Origin: Octopus sinensis
Lineage: Eukaryota
Direction of reading: 5' to 3'
NCBI RefSeq assembly: GCF_006345805.1
Contig: NC_043000.1
Location: 99,138,001-99,202,000 of the forward strand
DNA: 64,000 nucleotides
The translations under genes were made by a program, and so were the position numbers. Below the pieces are notes generated by a model that was not told the DNA's origin, did no database searches, and was given only the letters and a program-made list of their open reading frames with translations. The first letter of the stretch is position 1. Each line of letters opens with the position of its first letter. Shown here one piece after another: positions 26,120 to 38,604 of this stretch.

Positions 26120-26349
26120 ATTTCTTTACTGCCCACAAGGGGCTACACACAGAGAGGACAAACAAGGACAGACAAACGGATTAAGTCGATTACATCGACC
26201 CCAGTGCGTAACTGGTACTTAATTTATCGACCCCGAAAGGATGAAAGGCAAGTCGACCTCGACGGAATTTGAACTCAGAACGTAACGGCAGACGAAATAC
26301 GGCTACGCATTTCGCCCGGCGTGCTAACGTTTCTGCCAGCTCGCCGCCT
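26120..26349 (-). mobile_element. Young SINE B with a 24-bp target-site duplication
   Basis: TAAAGGGCTTATAGTTAGATACCT occurs at 26096-26119 and 26350-26373. Confidence 0.9.
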
Positions 26350-26715
26350 TAAAGGGCTTATAGTTAGATACCTCCCAACATTTAGTCTGTCATGTCAGTG
26401 CTGTATTCCGCTAATTCTTCAAACTTTGGATAGTTAAATGATATTAATAACACGTGCTATTTTACTTTGTATACAGCTAAAACTTCAAATTACTTTTCAA
26501 AGGTATGTCGTTTATTAATATTTCATTTAATTAAGTTTATTTATTTGATATTTATTAAAGAATTCTGTGTATGCAACGTAAAAGTAATCAGTTAAAAAGA
26601 TATTGCGTGAAAACAGTTAGGCAACCAAATTAATTATTTCGAATACTTACGAATACAGATAAGTTTCTGTGCGTCAGAATCTGCGTGCGGGAGTGTGTGT
26701 GTGTGTGTGTGTGTG

Positions 26716-26797
26716 TGTGGTTTATACATACATACTCACATACATGTATACGTAGACACATCGAGCTATATATACATATATATATATATAGATATAT

Positions 26798-26852
<55 letters not shown>

Positions 26853-26988
26853 TAGATATATATATATATGTACGTATATGTACATATGTAGATATGTAGA
26901 TATATACATATATATATATATGTGTGTGTGTGTTGTGTGTGGTTTATACATACATACTCACATACATGTATACGTAGACACATCGAGC

Positions 26989-27038
<50 letters not shown>

Positions 27039-27047
27039 TAGATAGAT

Positions 27048-27080
<33 letters not shown>

Positions 27081-27180
27081 GATAGATAGATAGATATAGA
27101 TATATATATATATATGTACGTATATGTACATATGTAGATATGTAGATATATACATATATATATATTATGTGTGTGTGTGT
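26716..27180. repeat. Two tandem copies of a ~230-bp compound-microsatellite unit
   Basis: ggtttatacatacatactcacatacatgtatacgtagacacatcgagct starts at ~26719 and ~26941, each followed by GATA arrays and the same downstream spacer. Confidence 0.85.
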
Positions 27181-27206
27181 GTTTCTAGATATGCACACAG
27201 ACATGT

Positions 27207-27246
<40 letters not shown>

Positions 27247-27287
27247 ACTGATGGTTGCGTAAAGTTGTGTAAATGAATGAGCACATC

Positions 27288-27359
<72 letters not shown>

Positions 27360-27361
<2 letters not shown>

Positions 27362-27700
27362 CTAGCAGTTAAGCCCGGTTTCACCCGGTCTGTTTGGATG
27401 ATGTGGCTGCGATCGTTTTCGGTTAGGCATATAACAGCGTTTCTCAACCTTATGATATCGGGTCTCTTGTTTCGATTGGAGCCTCCAGTTGTATAAGCAT
27501 TTCCTGACTCCCGCCCCCTTGTTAGAAAACAGCTTCAGGAGTTGTGAAGTACGAATTTGTACGTAGTCTGTTTGTGAGAGCTCTTTTATTGGACCTCTGT
27601 CTAATCATTAAAACATTGATTTAATTAATTGTAAGCAGTTGTATCCGTAAAAGTTTTATTTGCAGAGAGCAGAAATTGAAAGAATATATATGAAATGGAC

Positions 27701-27739
<39 letters not shown>

Positions 27740-27743
27740 TATG

Positions 27744-27802
<59 letters not shown>

Positions 27803-28835
27803 CTGCTCGCGCGTGTGTATGTGAGAGAGAAAGATGATGAGAAAGAGAGATAGAGTGAGTGAGTGAAGGTGTGTGTCATGATGACTGACGTATTTGTACG
27901 TAGTCTGTTTCTGAGAGCTATTCTATTGGACCTCTGTCTAATCATTAAAACATTGATTTAATTATGAACATAGAAAGAAATTATACATTAATCCCTATTT
28001 TTGTAAGCAGTTGTATCCATAAAAAGATTTCATTTGCAGAGAGCAGAAACTGAAAGAAGATATATGAAATGGACATGTGTGTGTATGTTTGTGTGATGTG
28101 TGTGTGTGGTGTGTGTGTGTGTGTGCGTGCTTGCGCATGTGTATGTGAGCGAGAAAGAGGGTGAGAAAGAGAGATAGAGTGAGTGAGTGAAGGTGTGCGT
28201 CGTGATGATTGACGTATTTTACGGTACACACACATACATAGAAAATGTGAGGTCATCTTATAAAATTTTTACGATAGTTGATTTATGGAAAAGATCATGT
28301 TAAATTTTTGAAATGGAAATAAGCTGAATGAAAATTAAGTCCATACATAGCTAGACCTGGTAGAAATAGCAGCCAAATCTCCATCAAAACACCCTACTGT
28401 CTTAATCCGACAATTCTGCCTATTATGTTGTTTCACTGAGAAACTGTAACTAAATATTAAGATTATCAACCCCCACAAAGAGGTAAAAGAAGAGAGACAG
28501 CATAGCGAAAGTTTTGGCTGACTGTCATCCTGTACTCTCCTTGTTGTTAGCGAAATGGTATATGCCGGCTATGCGAGAAACTGGTTGTTTTACTGGCGGA
28601 ACAAATAGGAGAATTCTATTAGAAAAGTTTTAATCAATTTTCTCGGTAACTATGGGGGCTCGGAAAAATACAAACCGCATTCCAATATATGCACCCGTCT
28701 CCACATAAGTGACAATTTTCACGCGAATCCACTTAGCCGTTTGGCTGTGAACCTCAAGACAAAAAAGAATGCAACGATACGCATACACACACATGTATGG
28801 TGAATTTACTATTTCTCAATTTCATGCGTATATAA
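27360..28835 (+). mobile_element. Non-autonomous Helitron-like (Lep1/HINE-type) element
   Basis: 5' ACTAGCAG...GCCCGGTTTCACCCGG in (TA)n. 3' part ...tccacttagccgtttggctgtg...caca repeats...tttcatgcgtatataag. Contains an internal ~330-bp tandem duplication (27563-28225). Confidence 0.45.
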
Positions 28836-28965
28836 GTACATATAAACATACACAAATATGTATATATTTGTATATATTTATTTATATATGTATGTATTTA
28901 TGTATATACGTACGTATGTATTTCTCAGTACGCATTTTTGCACGAATGTGTGCATATGTACTAAT

Positions 28966-29018
<53 letters not shown>

Positions 29019-29083
29019 GTATGTGTGTATGTGTGTGTAGGTATCAATTGTGTGTGTATATCTATCCATCTATCTATATATAT

Positions 29084-29227
29084 AGTGACCGTTGGCCGTA
29101 ATAGCAGTAGTAGAGACCTTTGGTTCTATCCCACTAAACTACTACTACGACGACCAACGGTCTCTGCTACTACTACTGCGACGACCAACGATCTCTACTA
29201 CTACTGTTATTACACCTAACGGTCACT
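29084..29227. repeat. Small fold-back element with ~35-bp inverted ends and internal ctactactacgacgaccaacg repeats
   Basis: AGTGACCGTTGGCCGTAATAGCAGTAGTAGAGACC at the left end versus its imperfect reverse complement ending CCTAACGGTCACT at 29227. Confidence 0.65.
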
Positions 29228-29645
29228 TTCACTATTACAGCCAACGATTCTAGTCAACGCACAAGACAGCCATTATGTTCCCACATACAAAACACCACCA
29301 CGGGGACTCTGTTGAGACTACTAAGAAATAATTATGAACTTTTCTTTTATTACACTTAACTTTTAAAAATATATATTCTTGATAAGCTTCGTTTTTTCAA
29401 GAACCGAACCATGTAAAATCTCGCAGAAAGTTAAAATTTATCTTATATAGTGGCGTTTTCAAACTTATTATTTATAAATATATACCCACTCGTATGCCAC
29501 CTACACTTTTTATAAATATATATATGTATGTATATATATATATATATACAGAGAGAGAGAGAGAATTTACAAAAAACAAACGACAAAGACAGGTGGTGTA
29601 GAAAACAAACAGATGTATTAGTTTAACTCTCGGGAAGTGAAAAGT

Positions 29646-29681
29646 CTTTAACGTTTCGAGCCTACGCTCTTCCACAGAAAG
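29646..29681 (-). ncRNA. Minimal hammerhead-like motif, variant core CTGTGGA(A)
   Basis: Minus strand: CTTT CTGTGGA A GAGC gtag GCTC GAAA CGTT AAAG. Stem I and stem II are each a perfect 4 bp, and AACGTT is palindromic in place of stem III. Confidence 0.5.
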
Positions 29682-29799
29682 GAGCTCAGAAAGAAACAGG
29701 GAGAGGAAATAAAGAATGTGTTGTGGCTAGCGATCTATCATATATGAGAAAGGAGTGAGTGGTGATTCAAAGGAAGGTGTTTTGTGTTTTCAACCACAG

Positions 29800-30560
29800 C
29801 AAATATCGGATACCGTATCCTAAACAAAAACTAATACATTCGTGTTTTTTTTCAATTGAAACACTGAATAATTTTGGACATTTATTGTTTTAATAGCAAG
29901 AGAAAACTGAGAGAGAAAGAGAGAGAGTGAGAAAGAGCTTGAAGACACAACTAAAACAATTCCATTCAATTTCCTTATTAACCATGAGGTTGAGAAAAAG
30001 AGGGGACGATACGAGGACAGACAAAACAAACATTGGGTCACGGTATCGAATGAGACGAAACATATGAATAAACAAACAATCAAAATATATACAATTAAAT
30101 AGAATGAGTGATTTACACAAAATGAGGCGGAGGACGCGGTCGACCACACAAACCACATACTCACACTGAAGACTTTGCTTTCTTCTTTTTATATTCTCGT
30201 TTAAACAGTTTCTTTCACTCGCAACATACTTGCTATAGACTTCCATCTTTTACGAAACACACTTTGCGACAGGCATTTCTTTTCCAGCCTTATTTTCCGT
30301 TTCATGTGGAAAACGAAAAAATCGATTAGCTCGAGACTGGAGAGGAACATGCCTGTGGCAATTCCTTTCACTCTCGTCTTCCATACTACCTCTTTCGCAA
30401 CAGCAACTACCGAGAGAAAACAGGCTCGCGCTTCCCTATTCAGGGAGGTCGGCGGAGCGATCTTAATTACAGATTCGCTCCACAGTTGTACTCTTCTCGA
30501 ATGCAACAGCAGGTGTTCGACATAAGCCAGAGCTCAGTCACCTTGGGGCATTGCACAATC
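29800..30560 (-). pseudogene. L1-Tx1-like ORF2 C-terminus plus 3' UTR (second family member)
   Basis: ARACFLSVVAVAKEVVWKTRVKGI...FHMKRKIRLEKKCLS...RWKSIASMLR, collinear with 13750-14040. Confidence 0.75.
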
Positions 30561-30574
30561 GCGTGCAGGACAGT

Positions 30575-30870
<296 letters not shown>

Positions 30871-32200
30871 TTTTATTTCAAAATACACAGGGAATGCAGG
30901 AACTTAGCAAAGTGCTCGTTAAAGTAGATTTAGTAGCGATATAACGTAACAGTTTTAAACTAATGGAATGAAAACAATTCATACAACGTGTTTCTGTGTG
31001 CGTGTATGTGTCTGTGCGTGTGCTTCTGCGTGTGTGTATATGTTTGTGTGTGTGTATGTATGTCCCAAAAGACATAGACGAAGTAAAGTGTTTTAGTTAC
31101 GGATATATAATTTGCAAGTGTTACTTTTCAATTTCTTAATGTCAACAATTTAAAATATTGATGGAATTTCTGTTCAGCAATTTAATTTGTTTAGTTATTT
31201 ATTCCTCTTTCAAATTGTTTACATTTGGTAAGAGCTGGAATGCACTTAGTGTAGCAATAGCTGCTAGTTATTAACAATAGCTTTAACGGCTATCGCTGAA
31301 AGAATCACATCCTAAAAGATATATCACAGGCACCATAGAGAGCAACAGAGTTTATACGCCATGTGGTCGTTAGGAAACTTATATCCTGAAAAAAATATGG
31401 CGCTGCTCATGACTGGGATGCCTTAGGTCTTAGATCATCTCTATCAGGACTGGCCTGGAACGAAAAAATAACAATGGTATTTACAACATCCGTCAACTGT
31501 AGAGTCTCTAGGTGATGGCTTGATGTATTAGAATAGCAACGGTATCTCATGTAAATCATACGCTACTGTCTTGAAAATCAAAGGACACATACATTGAATC
31601 ATGTAGAGCCAAATACATCATATCAAAAATTTGACCGTCTGTTCATGGCTTGAACAATTTTGATTGTGGGCTGACTTAAATCAGGATTAGTTTGCTATGC
31701 TAATCAACGGCAGCATTCGTCCAATATTTCTGGACTGCCATATTAGCTTGGCGATAACTATAAATATCCAGTACCGCTGCCGTAGTCTCCTTTAGAGAGA
31801 CTTAGAAATATTAATATTTCTTAGTTTTATATGCGTTATGTAGTTAAGTAATCACTCTTGTTTCATGTTATATATCTTTGGAGGAGATATAGGAAATATA
31901 CTTAATTATTTCAATATGTAGCTTGAGTATCACTTTTAGTGTTTCATTTTAGCTGTAATTCTGTATCAATATAGCATTGCTCTAAATCAGATACTTCTCC
32001 ATTTTTATTGACCTTCTAGATAAATGCTTTTGAACAAAAGTATTTTTGCAACAAATGGAAAATTAAATCCTATAATACTATGTATGTGTGTGTATTATAT
32101 AGTGCACACACACATATATATGATATGCATTATTCATTTATATGATATATAGTCATATATATAATTATATATGCATATAGATGTATATATGTACAAATAT

Positions 32201-32242
<42 letters not shown>

Positions 32243-32858
32243 TATATATATATACATATAAGCATATTTAATATATGTAGTAGTTGATTACCAAAGCAGT
32301 TGCAGTAGTAGTGGTAACAGCAGCAGCAACTGCAGCAATTGTTGCTGGTGTAGCGTGGAAATTCCAGCTTCAGTAAAAATTATAAGCTTAATGGAAAATA
32401 ATAAAAATCAAGAAATACCTGATTTCTTGTAAAATGTTGTTTTTTTCTCGAGCATTTGATTCTGGAGATAGTATAAAGCCCACATAGTTCTGAAGATGGT
32501 ATAAAACCCACATAGTTAGTTCTGAAGATGCTATACTTTTTAGAATACCTCGTTCCAAAAAGTATCTCGCTTGGGAGAACATCATTCTTTATTATACACT
32601 TGTCACCTATTCTAACTTGAAAGATATTATCTTCTCATTTTATCTTTACGTCAAGGCGGGAAGCTCTCTAGAGAGTTCTACACAGACTTCTCAATCATTA
32701 CAATTATTTAAAATGTGTTAAAAGAAATAATAATGTATATATCAAATGCTTTAAACAAATTATTAACTATGGAACGAAATCGAAGATATAAACAAAATAT
32801 TATTAACTATGGAACGAAACTGAAGATATAAACTAAATATTGCAGTGGAACAATATTT

Positions 32859-33399
32859 TGTTACGGGTTCGATGAATATGAATGAATAAGAGAAGCCGTC
32901 TCGAAAATAAACATTGAGTCTTTATTCCTTCGTAATATGTGCACAATAGTCCGGACACAATGAAAGCATTAAGTTCTGTAGGTTTGTCATTTCTCTATCA
33001 TAATGGTAATTAAGCTTAACCATCATTGGTTAAATGACTTCTTTGTGTGTCGATTCTTCTCTGGACGGTTGGTTCCTGCAACTCGTCTCTGTGACAGCTC
33101 TCACCTCTCTCAGGGTGAAATGATTGTCGAACCAATTTAAAGGGAACAGTGGGATCCATAACACATATAGAAATTGTCGCTTAAAATATGATACACGCGA
33201 AACGTAATTGGACTTTCAATGCAATTACTGCGCAACATTTAACTGATCACATGACACAGAGCTCAATAATTAACCAAAAACTCATGTTTTAGCTAATCAC
33301 AACAAATTGGTGTGGTGAGCCGACAATTACACGATCGCTACATATATAAACAAAACTTAATGATCTTTTAATGCAACAACACAACTTGTTCTCGCTACA
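32859..33399 (-). mobile_element. Probable solo LTR
   Basis: Begins TGTTACG and ends CGCTACA (candidate ends 33342 or 33399). The minus strand has AATAAAGACTC near the U5-like end. The TSD is imperfect (TATTT vs TATAT for the 33342 end). Confidence 0.55.
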
Positions 33400-33849
33400 A
33401 ACTTTTCAGCACCCGTTCGTATATATACATACGCATTCATAGATACATATCGCGCACATACGCATACACGTAGTACATATTTTGGAACGCTGCCATCATT
33501 AAAATACCACACTTAAATATTAGTACGTCATTTTAAATATTATGGATCATAGAAAATAGTTCTTTCGTTTTTTTTGTTTTTTTTTTTTGTTTCATTTCTA
33601 AAGTTATATTTCTAAATTATTCATGTTTTATGAGTTAGAAGTCGAACTGTTAACTTTTAAACATGCTCGAAAGTATTGCAAATTTTATAAATTTTAACAG
33701 TATTATAAATTTTAACTGTATTAGAGTTTAATAGCACAGTATTTTAAGAATATAAACAATTTTATACGCGAAACAAACTAATTTCTACCGTTCAAAATAC
33801 TGGAAATTGCACATTAAGTTTTCAATGATATGATCTTTTAATTGGCGTC

Positions 33850-34295
33850 AAATTTTGGCACAAAACCAGCAACTTTGGTGGGAGGACAAGTTGATTGCAT
33901 CAACCCCAGTGCCAAACCATCGACCTAGGAAAGATGAAAGGCCAGTTTCAGAGGATTTCAACCTCTAAGCATTTTGTCCATCGCTCTAACGACTCTAGCA
34001 GCTGGCCGTTTCGTGATCTTTTGAGTGAATTTTTTTTATGTATATTGATAGATCTCTTTAACTAGACATGATTTAATATTGCTTTCAAACTTTGGCACAA
34101 GGCCAGCAATTTAGAGAAAGGGGTAAGTCAATTACATCAACTTCCAGTGATCAACTGGTACTTTCATTATCGACCCCGAAAGGATGAAAGGTATAATCGA
34201 TCTCGGCGGATTTTAACTCAGTATATAAAGACGGACGAAATGCTGATAAGCATTTTGCCCGGCGTGCTAATGATTCAGTCGGCTCACCACTTTAA
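33850..34295 (-). mobile_element. Two old SINE B copies (33850-34010, 34080-34295)
   Basis: cgaccccgaaaggatgaaagg core plus the ggcacaaggccagcaatt tail. Confidence 0.7.
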
Positions 34296-35326
34296 CATGA
34301 TTTTATATTAATATTTCGAATGTAAATGTGAGACATTTAACGAATACATTATTTTCTGTCTTCCATTATTTGAAACCACCACACACTAACTTTTCGCCTA
34401 CAGGACATTTAAACGAGTCGTGTGTCGCTATATATGCTGATAGAATGTTTTAAGTAGATATCAATATTTACCAATTTAAGTGTGAAACAATAGAAAATAT
34501 AATATTTCTAATATTAGAAATCACATACTAACTTTTTGAAGACATGACTTCTAAATGTGGAGTTTAAATAATGTGATGCAGCTCCTGCGCAATATCTATA
34601 GTGTAACTTCTTTCTATGCCCTCAAAAAATGTATCTTAACATGCTCTTGCAACACACCACATTAGCTTGCGCGGAAATGATTACTGCTGGAAAATGAAAC
34701 ATACAGGAAGGGTACTTTGAAAGTGTATGCTGTTTTGTATTCTTCATGCAAGTTGAGGAGCCGCTTTCATTTTCAATGCCTGTTCACTATTTTCTTCTGA
34801 GCGGTTTGGCATAACAAACAGGAAAGCATAAGATGAGACATATCCAGTATCAAACACAACAGGAGTCAAAACCTCACACCTGTAGCTTACCACTACTGAG
34901 TACAACCAAACACTGATCCTCATTAGAAATGCTTTGCAGTCTATAGTTGTTAAGGATTTGAACAATGTAAACTGCCGCTTCAATTACGAAGAGCAGTAGC
35001 AACTCTCAAGTGATAGTTTCTTCAGGCAACTATCTATTACATTCATCAGCTAGAACGGTATTTCCTCCAAAAGGAACCACATTGAGTTCGAGATAAAAGA
35101 AAAACAAAAAAAACATATAGCTAATAAACAATTTTGACTAAAGCAACATGCTTCCTTCATTCTCCTGGTTATACAGGTAATACTTTTTGTTTAACATATT
35201 TTAACAAAATTCTTTCACACAACCTAGGGCCTCATCTTGAATCATACGCCACTGAATTTCCATACATGCACACTTACATCTACACATACACTCAAGAAAC
35301 CATACGTATATCATACCACCAATTAC

Positions 35327-35363
<37 letters not shown>

Positions 35364-35429
35364 GCATATATATAAACATGTATATATATGTGTATGTATG
35401 TATATATATGTATATATATTTATATGTGT

Positions 35430-35682
35430 GTGTGTATATATATATATATATATGTGTGTGTGTTCAATCAAACATGTTCTCATTCATTTTTGAAACCACA
35501 TTTTCTTTTATCTTTTTTCTTCATTAAGAGGGACTACTGTCCAGAATGTCAAAACTTATTTCTTCTTAAGTGTTAGACTAATACAAACATTTGATAAAGC
35601 TGGTCCTGTATTGTATACTTTTTGTGCTCATTGACTTCTTAAGGCATATATATGTGTGTGTGCGTGTGTGTGTGTGTATTTA

Positions 35683-35713
<31 letters not shown>

Positions 35714-35952
35714 GTGTGTGTGTTCAATCAAACATGTTCTCATTCATTTTTGAAACCACATTTTCTTTTATCTTTTTTCTTCATTAAGAGGGACTACTGT
35801 CCAGAATGTCAAAACTTATTTCTTCTTAAGTGTTAGACTAATACAAACATTTGATAAAGCTGGTCCTGTATTGTATACTTTTTGTGCTCATTGACTTCTT
35901 AAGGCATATATATGTGTGTGTGCGTGTGTGTGTGTGTATTTATGTGTGTGTG
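35430..35952. repeat. Exact tandem duplication, period 260 bp
   Basis: tgttcaatcaaacatgttctc...gacttcttaaggcatatatatgtgtg starts at 35461 and 35721. I saw no differences between the copies. Confidence 0.9.
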
Positions 35953-36292
35953 TAAGTTGGTGCGTGTGCATGAACGTATTCACAGCGCGTGTGAGAAAGG
36001 GGTTAGCAAGAGTAAGTGTTTTCAGAGTCTCCCTATCTTTCTTCTCCTCCTCTCTTTATTTCTCCATCTCTCTTTTGTCCAATCCTCTCACATGCTCCAG
36101 TGTTTTTCGTTATTCATGTCACGAAAATCAGACATCGCATTTCTTTTTGTTGCATCAACAAATCAAAGTTAACCATATTTTATTGACAAGCTACCTATTG
36201 TTGATTTAAAATAAGATATCGGAGATGTCAAATATTCTGACAGGTTGACGGGCTTAGACAGACAGACAGACAGACAGACAGATAGATAGAGT

Positions 36293-36380
<88 letters not shown>

Positions 36381-36427
36381 TCTACAGATAGAGACATACA
36401 GACAGATAGACAGACAGACAGACAGAC

Positions 36428-36464
<37 letters not shown>

Positions 36465-36527
36465 TATAGATAGATAGATATCTACAGATAGAGACATACA
36501 GACAGATAGACAGACAGACAGACAGAC

Positions 36528-36593
<66 letters not shown>

Positions 36594-36602
36594 CTAGATA
36601 GA

Positions 36603-36650
<48 letters not shown>

Positions 36651-36706
36651 AAGATACAAACATACATACAGACAGACATACATACATACATACATACATA
36701 CATACA

Positions 36707-36738
<32 letters not shown>

Positions 36739-37500
36739 CGCCTTTCCGAGTGTTTATACGTTTTGTATTTTTAGTCATTGATGCTCTCAAAAATGTATTT
36801 TTGTTGATTTTGTTTCTGTTACTTAACCCCAGATTGATATTGGCTGAGCAGATCTATATTCAAAGTCTCCAATGCTTTCCTTTCCTGTTTCAGAATGCAT
36901 TTCAAGCAGTCTGCATTCTGCCCAATATTGTCTGATGTATCATTCTTACGAAGCAATGCAGTCAGATGTGTAACTGCTGTCTGTAGCTTATTGAGTGACT
37001 TCATACGAGCTTTTCCTCGTTGGTTCGTTATTTCACTGGTTGTTTAAAAATCAACTTTTACACTAAGTAAAAGTTCTTTTTCTCCGTTTTTATCGTGTAT
37101 AAATCGTACTCTTTAATAATTGATTTTCATTGAAAAAAAAATCAGGCGTGTCCTATATACGGGACAAAACTGATATCATATTTAAATATGAAGGGAAAAA
37201 ATATTGTACCAAGATTTGACACTAAGTTAGGAGTGCAGCGTATACACAGGTAAATACGGTATTTACACACATGCGTATGTGCGTGTGTGTAGCTGTATGT
37301 GTTTGCGTATGCACGCGTGTGTAAGGAATCGAATTGCGCCTAAAAGAAAGACTTAAGTTATAGATACGCGTACACTAACACGTAGACACATGTGTGTACG
37401 TGTGCTTGGTGTGTGTGCGTATGTGCACGTGTGTGTGTGTGTGTGCGTGTGTGTGTGTGTGTGTATGTGTGGTGTGTGTGTGTGTGCGTGTGTGTGTGTG

Positions 37501-37535
<35 letters not shown>

Positions 37536-37719
37536 GTGTGTGTGTGTGTGTGTGTGTGTGTACGTGTGTGTGTGTGATATGACATTGATACATACCCACG
37601 CAAAGCAGATTCACAGCTCAACCGCAACAGAACGTCAGAATATCAAAAAACTATTTGCTTAAAATAAGGTCATGTGTTGCTATGTTCACGTAAATTTTCG
37701 GTCTTAGGAACACAGATAG

Positions 37720-38030
37720 CAACGGTTATACTTACCCTCACCTTGAAGGACGTATTTTTGTAATCCAAGAACAGGAAATAACAACCAAATACCTGCCACA
37801 AAAGATAGATAGCTAGTTATGTAAAACACCTAGATTTGACAGCTGATACATACTGTGGAATTAATACCTGAGACATGATCGACATAATAGGCAGCTGTCA
37901 GAAAATATTGTCACAACATTATCTACTTATAAATATTGATGTAGTCGCTAAAACATTTACACAATACAATCCGAAAAGAGAATACAATAGTTCTGAATAT
38001 GAAAATAGTGATATATAACGAATACTCATC
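37720..38030 (+). pseudogene. Very old PLE reverse-transcriptase remnant
   Basis: PHLEGRIFVI...KYLPQKID / SYVKHLD...DMIDII...LINIDVVAKTFTQ resembles the PLE GRPIV...SYVKDT...L.S.DV.SLFT order. Frameshifted. Confidence 0.4.
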
Positions 38031-38214
38031 CATAAGAAGAAAGAATAACTGTAGAATGATCCTATAAGAATATTTGTTAATTGTCGATGTAACAAACTAT
38101 ATATAGTGATCTGAGACTGGAGATGCGAATGTGCGCTAAAGTGCACACTTGCGTTTCTTTATGAACATTAATTGTTCAGCAGTCTTTGAAGAATGAATGT
38201 CCATAAGGAATAAG

Positions 38215-38246
<32 letters not shown>

Positions 38247-38604
38247 TAAGAAGTTTTCTTCCCTACCACATGGCTCCCAGTTCAGTTCCACTAAGGGCAC
38301 GGTGTCGTCTAAAATAGCCTCAGGCCGAACAAAGCCTTGTGGATGGATCATTTGGTAGACGGAAAATGAAGGAAGCCCGTCGTATATATATATATATATA
38401 TATATATAAATATATACATATATACATATGTGTACATACCTACATATATATGCATATATACATGCATATATGGGTACAGGACATTAAAAAAACGTTGAAC
38501 ATAATGAGAAACGAAAACATAAAAACAAAAACAGAGAAACGAGACATACAACATAAAGAATAAAAACAGTTGTCCCTGTTTCATCTACTCCGCGTTTCGA
38601 AGGT

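Noticed and set aside
32470-32570. Two CTGAAGA motifs followed by a hairpin
   Set aside because: No GAAA follows the stem. It is a short ~28-32-bp tandem repeat.
36819-37040. Minus-strand ORF ...MKSLNKLQTAV...QERKALETLNIDLLSQYQSGVK*
   Set aside because: The acceptor is weak and I recognise no family. ERKAL..L resembles PLE N-terminal regions, so a TE relic is as likely as an exon.
37736-37894. Two apparent minus-strand exons (27 nt and 57 nt) with good splice sites, suggesting a nested antisense gene
   Set aside because: The + strand of the same region reads as a frameshifted PLE RT remnant, which explains the open frames. No recognisable protein resulted, and the next upstream 'intron' would be only 32 nt.
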